Source of the DNA: an uncultured Burkholderiaceae bacterium
Lineage (GTDB): Bacteria; Pseudomonadota; Gammaproteobacteria; Burkholderiales; Burkholderiaceae
Length of the DNA stretch: 24,000 nucleotides
Assembly (NCBI GenBank): GCA_966212065.1
Contig: CBIHOQ010000016.1
Span: forward strand, 61,550 to 85,549
Direction: 5' to 3'
The translations under genes and the position numbers were made by a program. Below, in pieces: positions 14,412 to 22,003 of this stretch. Positions within the stretch are counted from its first letter, which is position 1; each line of letters opens with the position of its first letter. Below the pieces are notes generated by a model. It was not told the origin of the DNA. It saw nothing but the letters and a program-made list of their open reading frames with translations, and did no database searches.

Positions 14412-15067
14412 GGCGTTCGACGTCCGAACTGATCGAATCGCTGGTGGCCGACAGTGCGCCGGTGCGTCCGCTGCGTCGCCCGCTTTGGCGGGCGACGGGC
14501 TGGCTGATGTTTGCGGCGCTGCTGCTGCTATCCGTCGCCGTCGCCCAGGGCTTGCGCCCGGATTTGCCGCTCAAGCTGCACGAGCGCGTGTTCCTCACGG
14601 GTGTCGTGACTGCCGCGGCAACGGGCGGCCTGGCCGCCGTCGCCGCGTTTATCGCCAGCGTACCGGGGCGCTCGCTGCGCTGGTTGTTGCTGCCGCTACC
14701 GGCGCTGCTCGTTTGGACGTCCATGATCGGCTACGGTTGCCTGACGAACTGGATCGAGATCGGTCCCGACGGTATCTCGCCCGGCGAAACCGCGCGCTGC
14801 TTCGCGACGCTCGTGCTGACCAGTGTGCCGCTTTCGCTGACGTTGTTAGTCATGCTGCGCCATGTCGCACGCCTCGCGCCCGTGCCGGTGGCGATGACGG
14901 GGGGGCTTGCCGTCGCCGCGATGACCGCCGTGGCGTTGTCGCTGTTCCATCCTCTCGACGCGACGGTAATGATCCTTGCGTGGAATCTCGGTTTGACGGT
15001 CGTCCTGTTGATCGGTAGCGCATGCTACGGCCCGCGATTGTTCCACTGGGTCGAATCGCATTCGTGA
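14408..15067 (+). CDS. nrsF: DUF1109 / NrsF-family membrane anti-sigma factor
   Basis: 219 aa, starting in an ATGA overlap with the sigma gene stop. The N-terminus MRRSTSELIESLVADSAPVRPL resembles the DUF1109 start, and about six hydrophobic TM segments follow. Cys residues sit in predicted loops (GYGCLTNW, ETARCF). Confidence 0.78.
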   Translation: MRRSTSELIESLVADSAPVRPLRRPLWRATGWLMFAALLLLSVAVAQGLRPDLPLKLHERVFLTGVVTAAATGGLAAVAAFIASVPGRSLRWLLLPLPALLVWTSMIGYGCLTNWIEIGPDGISPGETARCFATLVLTSVPLSLTLLVMLRHVARLAPVPVAMTGGLAVAAMTAVALSLFHPLDATVMILAWNLGLTVVLLIGSACYGPRLFHWVESHS

Positions 15068-15101
15068 CCCACTGCATTGAGCCTTCTCCGTTAAAATAAG
15101 T

Positions 15102-15137
15102 TGTAAAGTACGCTACCTATGTGTAGTGTATTTTACA
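15102..15137. promoter_or_regulatory. Imperfect 15-bp inverted repeat in the AT-rich nrsF-chrB gap (candidate ChrB operator or RNA hairpin)
   Basis: TGTAAAGTACGCTAC (15102-15116), a 6-nt spacer (CTATGT), then GTAGTGTATTTTACA (15123-15137). 13 of 15 positions are complementary. The right arm ends on the A of the preferred chrB ATG. Confidence 0.35.
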
Positions 15138-16117
15138 TGACGACATTAACCACCTGGTCTGTCCTCGTCCTGACGTTCCCAACCGAGAACGCCACTGCGC
15201 GCATGCGGGCATGGCGGGCGCTGAAAGCGAAGGGGTGCGCCGTCCTGCGTGACGGCATCTATCTATTGCCGCATACCGTCGAGCGTGAGGACATGCTGCG
15301 CGAACTCGCTGCCAGCATCGATGATGCCGGCGGTACCGCGCATCTGCTGCGGGCGCAAAGTCTGAACTCGTCGCAGGAAGCAGACTTTCGCGCACTGTTC
15401 GATCGGAACGACGATTACGCGACCTTTGTCTCGGCGTTGGGAATCGCGCGGAAAACGCTGGGAGGCCAGTCACCGGCAGAGGTCACCCGCCTGCTGCGTC
15501 GCCTGCGCAAGGACTATGACGCGATCCGGCTGATCGACTATTTCCCGGGCGCGGCATCGACCGAGGCCGAAGTGGCCTGGGAAGACTTCCTGGCGCTCGC
15601 GGATACGGTCCTGTCGCCGGGCGAGCCGCATGCGGCTGAGCGGGTTATCCGGCGCCTGCAGCGCGACGACTATCAGGCACGGACGTGGGCGACCCGGCAA
15701 CGGCTATGGGTCGATCGCGCCGCGAGCGCCTGGCTGATCCGCCGCTTCATCGATCCGCAGGCGCGCTTCGTGTGGCTCGTGTCGCCGAAGGCCTGCCCGC
15801 AGGAGGCGCTTGGCTTCGACTTCGACGGCGCCGCCTTTACGCATGTGGGCGAGCGCGTGACGTTCGAGGTGCTGGTCGTGAGCTTCGGTCTCGATGACGA
15901 CGCGGCGCTTCTTCGGCTCGGCGAAATGGTGCATGCGTTGGATGTCGGCGGCACGCCGGTGCCCGAGGCGATTGGTTTTGAGGCGGTGATGGCCGGCATG
16001 CGGCAACGCGCGTTGGACGACGATCAACTGCTCGAGGAGATAGGTCGCGTGTTGGATTCAATCTACGCACACTTTGCGGTGAGCACAAAAAACGGCAACG
16101 CAGGGGGCCGGCCATGA
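15137..16117 (+). CDS. chrB: Chromate resistance regulator/sensor protein ChrB
   Basis: N-terminal WSVLVLTFPTENATARMRAWRALKAKGCAVLRDGIYLLP (ChrB N-domain pattern). C-terminal WVDRAASAWLIRRFIDPQARFVWL...GFDFDGAAFTHVGERVTFEVL (ChrB C-domain pattern). It lies directly upstream of chrA, with an ATGA overlap. The start is ATG 15137 or 15119. Confidence 0.85.
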   Translation: MTTLTTWSVLVLTFPTENATARMRAWRALKAKGCAVLRDGIYLLPHTVEREDMLRELAASIDDAGGTAHLLRAQSLNSSQEADFRALFDRNDDYATFVSALGIARKTLGGQSPAEVTRLLRRLRKDYDAIRLIDYFPGAASTEAEVAWEDFLALADTVLSPGEPHAAERVIRRLQRDDYQARTWATRQRLWVDRAASAWLIRRFIDPQARFVWLVSPKACPQEALGFDFDGAAFTHVGERVTFEVLVVSFGLDDDAALLRLGEMVHALDVGGTPVPEAIGFEAVMAGMRQRALDDDQLLEEIGRVLDSIYAHFAVSTKNGNAGGRP

Positions 16118-17298
16118 ACACCACGACGGCGACCCAACCCGGCTACACGCTCGGCCAGCTGGCCCTTTACATGCTGCGGCTCGGAGCCTTCGGTTTTGGC
16201 GGCCCGGTGGCGCTCGTCGGCTATATGCACCGCGACCTCGTCGAGCGCCGGGGCTGGATCAGCGAACAGGACTACAAGGAGGGGCTGGCGCTGGCTCAAA
16301 TGATGCCTGGGCCGCTTGCCGCGCAACTCGGCATTTATCTCGGTTACGTACATTACCGCGTTGTTGGCGCGACGCTGGCGAGTATCGCCTTTGTATTGCC
16401 TTCATTCCTGATGGTCGTCGCGCTGGGTTGGGCCTATGCCCGGTTTGGCGGCCTGCCCTGGATGCAGGCGGTCTTCTACGGCGTCGGTGCCGCGGTGGTC
16501 GGAATCATTGCGATGAGCGCCTACAAGCTGACTAGAAAGACCGTCGGCACAGACAGGCTGCTGTGGGCGATATTCCTGACGCTCGCGGCCGTGACCGTTG
16601 CCACCGAATCCGAAATCGCGTGGCTGTTTATCGCGGGGGGCCTGCTCAACTGGTTCTGGCGGGCGCCGCCGAAATGGCTACACAAGGGCGGACTGAATGC
16701 GCTTGCGATGACGCAGACAGCGGCTTTGAGCGGCGTTTTCAGCGGTATCGACCTATCTTTGCTCGGCCAGATCGGCGCTTTTTTCGCCAAGGCCGGCGCG
16801 TTTGTGTTCGGCTCGGGACTCGCGATCGTGCCGTTTCTCTACGGTGGCGTGGTGACCGAACACCACTGGCTCAACGACAAGCAATTCGTCGATGCCGTGG
16901 CTGTGGCGATGATCACACCGGGACCGGTCGTCATCACGGTCGGGTTCATCGGTTATCTCGTCGCCGGATTTTCGGGGGCCTGCGTCGCCGCGCTCGGCAC
17001 CTTCCTGCCTTGCTATCTGTTCACGGTGCTGCCGGCACCGTACTTCAAGAAATACGGCAGGCTGCCCGCCGTCAAAGCGTTCGTCGACGGCATCACGGCT
17101 GCGGCGGTCGGGGCCATTACCGGCTCAGTGATTGTCATCGCACGAAGGTCCATCGTCGACTGGCCGACCATCGCACTCGTCCTTGTGACGGTCGTGCTGC
17201 TCTGGCGCTTCAAGAAACTCCAGGAGCCGGTGATCGTCGTCGCGGCGGCCCTGTTCGGTCTTGTTGTCTATCCGCTCATTCATTCTCACGCTATCTAA
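16114..17298 (+). CDS. chrA: Chromate ion transporter ChrA (CHR family)
   Basis: 394 aa, with the duplicated CHR-domain architecture. First half: FGGPVALVGYMHRDLVERRGWISEQDYKEGLALAQMMPGPLAAQL. Second half: VFGSGLAIVPFLYGGVVTEHHWLNDKQFVDAVAVAMITPGPVVITVGFIGY. Confidence 0.92.
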   Translation: MNTTTATQPGYTLGQLALYMLRLGAFGFGGPVALVGYMHRDLVERRGWISEQDYKEGLALAQMMPGPLAAQLGIYLGYVHYRVVGATLASIAFVLPSFLMVVALGWAYARFGGLPWMQAVFYGVGAAVVGIIAMSAYKLTRKTVGTDRLLWAIFLTLAAVTVATESEIAWLFIAGGLLNWFWRAPPKWLHKGGLNALAMTQTAALSGVFSGIDLSLLGQIGAFFAKAGAFVFGSGLAIVPFLYGGVVTEHHWLNDKQFVDAVAVAMITPGPVVITVGFIGYLVAGFSGACVAALGTFLPCYLFTVLPAPYFKKYGRLPAVKAFVDGITAAAVGAITGSVIVIARRSIVDWPTIALVLVTVVLLWRFKKLQEPVIVVAAALFGLVVYPLIHSHAI

Positions 17299-17327
17299 AG
17301 GCACGCGCGTGCGCGCAATTTGCAGCA

Positions 17328-17936
17328 ATGAACACACGTGAGGAAGGCCGCACCGCTTCATTGGCGGACCGGATGTCGCGTTGGGTATTGCCGGCCGGCG
17401 CCGACAGCGCAGCACGGTTGCTGCTGGTAAGTCGCGGACTGCGCGGTTTCTGCGATGGATTCATCGCGGTTCTGCTGCCGGCATATCTGCTCGCGCTTGG
17501 GTTAGGACAGGTCAGCGTCGGCCTGATCAGCACCGCGACGCTTATCGGCTCCGCCGTGGCGACGATAGCGGTCGGTGCCTTTGCCAATCGTTTCACGGCG
17601 CGCCGGATGTTCGTTTTTGCCGCCGCATTGATGATCGCCACCGGACTCGGGTTTAGCGGGTTTTCGTCGTTCCTGCCGATCCTGATCGTGGCCTTCGTGG
17701 GTACGCTCAATCCGAGCTCAGGCGACGTCAGCCTCTTTCTTCCCCTGGAGCAATCACGCCTTGCCGAAATGGCGGCCGGCGAAGCGCGAACGGCATTGTT
17801 TGCGCGCTACAGCCTGATCGGCGCGATGTCGGCAGCGCTCGGTTCGCTCGCCGCGGGCGTGCCCGCGTGGCTGGTAACGCATACAGGCATGCCGGAGCTA
17901 TCCGGATGGGATGGCCTACGCGCCCGATGTGCATAA
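17328..17936 (+). pseudogene. MFS transporter remnant (N-terminal six-TM half only, ~202 codons)
   Basis: The sequence MNTREEG...LLLVSRGLRGFCDGFIAVLLPAYLLALGLGQVSVGLISTATLIGSAVATIAVGAFANRF...LIVAFVGTLNPSSGDVSLFLPLEQSRLAE...RTALFARYSLIGAMSAALGSLAAG matches the first half of ~400-aa MFS proteins. The frame stops at 17936, and the following DNA encodes an unrelated beta-propeller. The track's 457-aa ORF (from 16563) is an out-of-frame extension across chrA. Confidence 0.6.
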
Positions 17937-18513
17937 ACTCTACGTATCGGACGAGACCGGTAACACGGAAACAGTCATTGATGTTCGGGACAACCGGCGT
18001 GTGGCAACCATTGCGCTCGGCGGCGAGGTGGGCAATACCCAATACGATCCGCAATCGCGCCATATCTTCGTGAACGTTCAGACAAGCAACGAACTCGTTG
18101 AAATCGACCCGACGTCGGATAGAATCGTCGCCCGTCTCAAGCTTGCCGGGGCGGATCACAACCATGGGCTGCTGATTGATTTTCGGGACCGGCTCGCCTT
18201 TATCGCCTGTCAGGGCAACGACAAGCTGCTCGTGTTCGATATGGGAACTCGGCGGGTCGTCCAGTCGTTCGGCATCGGTGGCGACCCGGACGTACTCGCG
18301 TTCGATCCGGCGCCGGGCACACTCTATGTGGCGGGCGAAGCCGGCATTGTTTCGATGTTCAGTGTCCGAGGCTCGAATGTCGCGAGGATAGGCGAAGGCC
18401 ACCTTGGACCCAACGCCCATGTGGTCGCCGTTGACCCCATCACGCACCGCTCGTATTTCCCGCTGAAGGACGTCGGTGGACGACCAGCGCTTCGAATCAT
18501 GTCAGCGCAATGA
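17878..18513 (+). pseudogene. YVTN/YncE-type beta-propeller repeat protein, 5'-truncated remnant
   Basis: The frame is open from 17878 and the first ATG is at 17911. Repeated ~40-aa blades are visible: HKLYVSDETGNTETVIDVRDNRRVATIALGG, PQSRHIFVNVQTSNELVEIDPTSDRIVARLKL, DRLAFIACQGNDKLLVFDMGTRRVVQSFGIGG, PGTLYVAGEAGIVSMFSV. It has no signal peptide and only ~200 aa, against ~320-350 aa for intact family members. Confidence 0.55.
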
Positions 18514-18602
18514 CGCACCGCGCTTTCAGGGTGTCTCGAAGGTCGCGATTGCGATCTTTTAACGTTCCCGGCAGAAAGCTCGGTGCCGAGATGGTAGATG
18601 GT

Positions 18603-19166
18603 TCAAGCAAGCAGCCGCGAGACTAGATCCGGCGTCGTCTTGACTTCGTATTTGCGCAGGAGGCTTGCACGGTGGATATCGACCGTGCGAGGACTGATAT
18701 TTAACTCCTTGCCGATCTCTTTGCTCGACATGCCATGAACAAGCAACGCCGCAACGTCGCGCTCACGTCCCGTCAAGGTGCTCGCGATTTTAGGTTGCTT
18801 CAGGCCTTCCGATGAGTCGGTGAAGGTCCAGATCGCCAGTTCGAACGGGCGCTTCGGGTTATATCCAAAACCACAAACAGTGACCCAGAAATGGCTTCCG
18901 TCGATGCGCCGCATGATGCGGTCGTCGCTGAACATCGCGCGTTTTGCGATCAGGGGCGCGAGGCGGCGGCCGGTCGCCGCAAAGTCCTTCTGCTGCGGGT
19001 AAAGCACGGAGAACGACTGATCGACTATGTCACTGCGTTCCGCCCTGAACATTTCCAGGGCTCTCGAATTGCAGTCGACCATGATTCTTTCTCTGGCCAC
19101 GATCACAGCGACGGGAAGATGCCTGAAGAGATCCCCGTAGTCGAGATCGGACATCGCGTCGGTCAT
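18603..19166 (-). CDS. PAS-domain / LuxR-type HTH transcriptional regulator
   Basis: N-terminal PAS-like region: FRHLPVAVIVARERIMVDCNSRALEMFRAERSDIVDQSFSVLYP...DGSHFWVTVCG. C-terminal LuxR HTH: LTGRERDVAALLVHGMSSKEIGKELNISPRTVDIHRASLLRKYEV. ATG 19166, preceded by AAGGA, is preferred over GTG 19187. Confidence 0.85.
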   Translation of the reverse strand: MTDAMSDLDYGDLFRHLPVAVIVARERIMVDCNSRALEMFRAERSDIVDQSFSVLYPQQKDFAATGRRLAPLIAKRAMFSDDRIMRRIDGSHFWVTVCGFGYNPKRPFELAIWTFTDSSEGLKQPKIASTLTGRERDVAALLVHGMSSKEIGKELNISPRTVDIHRASLLRKYEVKTTPDLVSRLLA

Positions 19167-19200
19167 GTTCGCTGTCCTTTGAATCACCCGCCAGCCGCGC

Positions 19201-20562
19201 TCAGACGGTTCGGTTTATCGCTTGTCCGACGCTCGCCTCACCGCTAGCGCTTTCAGTCGCGGCGCCCGCTTCCTCGAGGGCGGTTTTGGACGTTTCACGC
19301 AGCGACAGGCCGCCGATCATTGCGAAGATTGCCACTGCCATCAGGTAATACGCCGGCGACAGATTGGTTCCCGTTTTCGAAATGAGCCATGTCGCGACTA
19401 GGGGCGCGGTGCCGCCGAAGATCGTGTACGCAAGGTTGTAGGTGATGGCGGAGGCAGTGTATCGGGTTTTCGTTGCGAAGACTTCGGACAGAAGCGGCGC
19501 GGTGACCACGCCGCAAATTACGGCGCCCACGGCAAGGAGTGCCACGCCAAGCAGTGATCGGGACAAGTCACCCGATCCGCCGAGCGCGAAAGCGGGATAA
19601 ACCGAGGCGATGATGAAGATGCAGGCACTCGCGATCGTCGTGCGACGGCCCGCCCGATCGGATAACCAACCGGCGAGCGGGCATGAGGCCGCTGCGAAGC
19701 AGAGGGCAAGGACCGTCACGAGAAGCGAGGTCCCGCGAGAAAGATGCCCGGCTACCTGAAGGTACGTCGCGAAGTACGTCGTGAACGTGTAGAAGGACAG
19801 CGCCGTCACCGATATGAACGCGCCGAGTTTCAGGATGTTCGCCGACTGCGAACGTAGGGTTTCGATCAGGGGCGCGTGCGCGACTTCTTTTTTTCCCGCG
19901 AGCGCTAGGAAGGCCGGCGTCTCATGCAGGTTCACGCGCAGATAGACACCGATGAGGCCGACTGGCGCCGCGGTCAAAAACGGAACCCGCCACCCCCAAT
20001 CGATCATTGCCGACGTCGACAGTGAAGACTCGAGGGCGTAAGCGACGACTGCCGCGCACGCGAATGACGAGAAGGTCGAAACCGGAATAAAACTACCGAA
20101 GAACGCACGGCGCCGGCGCGGCGCGTGTTCCATCACATAGGCGCATGCTCCCGCGTACTCGCCGCCTGCGGAAAACCCCTGGACGCAGCGAATGGTGGTG
20201 AGGAGCAGCGGCGCCCAGTAGCCGATGCTCGCATAGGTCGGGAGCAGACCAATCAGCGTTGTCGCGCCGGCCATCAACAGGATAGTGACGGCGAGGGTCC
20301 GCTTGCGACCGATTCGGTCTCCGACGACCCCAAAAAAGAAACCGCCGAGCGGTCGAAACGCGAAGGCGACCGCGAAGACCGCGAACGTCTTCAAAAGTCC
20401 AACGGTAGGATCGCCGCTCGGAAAGAATTCTCGTGTCAGGATGGTCGCGAGGAATCCGTATGCGGCGAAATCGAACCATTCGACGAAGTTTCCTATCGAA
20501 GCGGCCGCGATGACCCGCCGTAACGTCTTGCCGTCTACCTCTTGCGTTTTCTGCTCTGACAC
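19201..20562 (-). CDS. MFS transporter, metabolite:H+ symporter (MHS) family
   Basis: The sequence GNFVEWFDFAAYGFLATILTREFFP and the motif GDRIGRKRTL are typical of MHS (ProP/KgtP-like) transporters, with about 12 TM segments. I prefer GTG (complement of 20560-20562), preceded by GGGAGAGGA, over the track's TTG at 20610. Confidence 0.88.
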   Translation of the reverse strand: MSEQKTQEVDGKTLRRVIAAASIGNFVEWFDFAAYGFLATILTREFFPSGDPTVGLLKTFAVFAVAFAFRPLGGFFFGVVGDRIGRKRTLAVTILLMAGATTLIGLLPTYASIGYWAPLLLTTIRCVQGFSAGGEYAGACAYVMEHAPRRRRAFFGSFIPVSTFSSFACAAVVAYALESSLSTSAMIDWGWRVPFLTAAPVGLIGVYLRVNLHETPAFLALAGKKEVAHAPLIETLRSQSANILKLGAFISVTALSFYTFTTYFATYLQVAGHLSRGTSLLVTVLALCFAAASCPLAGWLSDRAGRRTTIASACIFIIASVYPAFALGGSGDLSRSLLGVALLAVGAVICGVVTAPLLSEVFATKTRYTASAITYNLAYTIFGGTAPLVATWLISKTGTNLSPAYYLMAVAIFAMIGGLSLRETSKTALEEAGAATESASGEASVGQAINRTV

Positions 20563-20623
20563 AGTCCTCTCCCGTTTCACTTGTCGGTTTCCTGCTAATC
20601 TCGCAAGCAATGTAGGTGCTCAA

Positions 20624-20660
20624 ATTACCTAGGTCTATACGTGTTGATCACCTAGGTAAT
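20624..20660. promoter_or_regulatory. Twin ACCTAGGT palindromes (ATTACCTAGGT-N15-ACCTAGGTAAT), candidate operator upstream of the MHS / PAS-LuxR operon
   Basis: Perfect 11-bp inverted repeat (20624-20634 and 20650-20660). Each arm contains the self-complementary octamer ACCTAGGT. It lies 62-98 nt upstream of the GTG start at 20562. Confidence 0.4.
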
Positions 20661-20951
20661 CGAGGGGTGGCGGTTGCTCGCGGAACGGGAGGCCCTAGCG
20701 AATTCACCGATTCAGTTCCTCTAGTCCAACACCGTTGCTGTTGGGCTAAACGGGCGGCAACTAGAAGATTGCGAACGTGCGAGATCGATTTGAAGCTTGA
20801 AGATTGCGTGGGCTGAACCGTGTCCTACCGGGTGATCAGAAGCGCCCGCGTCTGCCTGCAGAGCTCGGCAATTCCGGTTACGCTTGAGAACCGATCGGCG
20901 ACGAGCCAGCCGCGTAGCCCGACAGATCATCTTCATCTTTGCAAGGCAGCA

Positions 20952-21608
20952 ATGACAGCACAACCGCTTGAAATTGATTTCGTTTCCGATGTCGCATGTC
21001 CGTGGTGCGCGATCGGACTTTCCTCGCTTCAACAGGCGCTCGCCCGCATTGGCAGCGACGTCGATGCGCGCATCGTCATGCACCCGTTTGAACTGAATCC
21101 GGGAATGGCACGCGAAGGCGAGGACGTTATCGAGTATTTGGGGAAAAAATACGGTCGTACGCCGGAGCAGATCGCCGAGACTCAGGCGATGATCCGCGAG
21201 CGAGGCGCCGCGGTCGGCTTCGAGTTCGGTGCGCGCACGCGTGTCTACAATACGTTCGACGCTCATCGATTGCTGTATTGGGCTGGGATCGAGGGCAAGC
21301 AGGTGCAGCTCAAGCTGGCGCTGCTGCAGGCCTATCATTCCGACGGGAAGGACCCCAGCGACCATGGCGTCTTGATCGATACAGCGCGTTCGGTCGGACT
21401 CGACGCGGGGCAGGCGCGCGATGTACTCGAGAGCGAGAAATTCGCGGAGAAAGTTCGCGCGGAAGAGCAGCAATATCAAGCGATGGGCATTCAGTCGGTG
21501 CCGGCCGTCATTTTCGACCGGCGCTATCTAGTGAGCGGCGGACAGCCGGTGGAAGTCTTCGAGCAGGCTATTAGGCAGATCGTTTCCGAACGAAGTACAG
21601 GGGCGTAG
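20952..21608 (+). CDS. DsbA-family thiol:disulfide oxidoreductase (FrnE / 2-hydroxychromene-2-carboxylate isomerase-like)
   Basis: The start MTAQPLEIDFVSDVACPWCAIG contains a CPWC CxxC active site near the N-terminus. The C-terminal GIQSVPAVIFDRRYLVSGGQPVEVF is the cis-Pro loop region. The track ORF (from 20820) is over-extended; from ATG 20952 the protein is 218 aa. Confidence 0.85.
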   Translation: MTAQPLEIDFVSDVACPWCAIGLSSLQQALARIGSDVDARIVMHPFELNPGMAREGEDVIEYLGKKYGRTPEQIAETQAMIRERGAAVGFEFGARTRVYNTFDAHRLLYWAGIEGKQVQLKLALLQAYHSDGKDPSDHGVLIDTARSVGLDAGQARDVLESEKFAEKVRAEEQQYQAMGIQSVPAVIFDRRYLVSGGQPVEVFEQAIRQIVSERSTGA

Positions 21609-21756
21609 CTGGCGCCGTCAAGTTGCCGATGCGGTTGCCCGGACCCGCGGGGGCGGCTATCCGCAGCGTCAATGCGTCTATGACGGCGAGCTACTGAGAC
21701 ATTGGGCGGCGTCGCCGGCACCGCAATCGGCCCAGCGCCGGGACCCGCCTGTGCGG

Positions 21757-21972
21757 TCACGCAACGTATCGCGCCACGCTCACGAACTGACATACGCTGC
21801 CGGCCAGCACAAACAGATGCCAGATGCCGTGCCCATGGCGGATACGCTCGTCGGCGCCCATCGTTACCAGCGCGGAAAGCCCAGCTACCGACAGCACTGC
21901 GCCGACGAGATGGGTAATGCTGTTGAAGCGCTCACCGACATGCATGGCACGATTCTCCTGTACGGCCATCAA
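21757..21972 (-). pseudogene. Hemolysin III (PAQR/YqfA) family remnant with a large in-frame internal deletion
   Basis: The 71-aa ORF joins a hemolysin-III N-terminal/TM1 signature (ERFNSITHLVGAVLSVAGLSALV; compare E. coli YqfA [23 protein letters not shown]) directly to the C-terminal TM7 signature (ERIRHGHGIWHLFVLAGSVCQFV; compare [23 protein letters not shown]). TM2-TM6 are missing. The junction is near 21850. Confidence 0.6.
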
Positions 21973-22003
21973 CCTTTCCCGAGACCAGCCACTGGCTAAT
22001 GGC

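Noticed and set aside
17301-17312. Palindrome GCACGCGCGTGC immediately after the chrA stop, considered as a terminator
   Set aside because: The palindrome leaves no loop, only a 4-bp stem if a tetraloop is forced, and there is no T-run. That is insufficient for a terminator call.
16563-17936. 457-aa plus-strand ORF in the track
   Set aside because: Its first ~255 codons are an out-of-frame read across chrA, giving an Arg/Gly-rich nonsense-like sequence. Only the part from ATG 17328 (the MFS N-terminal half) looks like protein.
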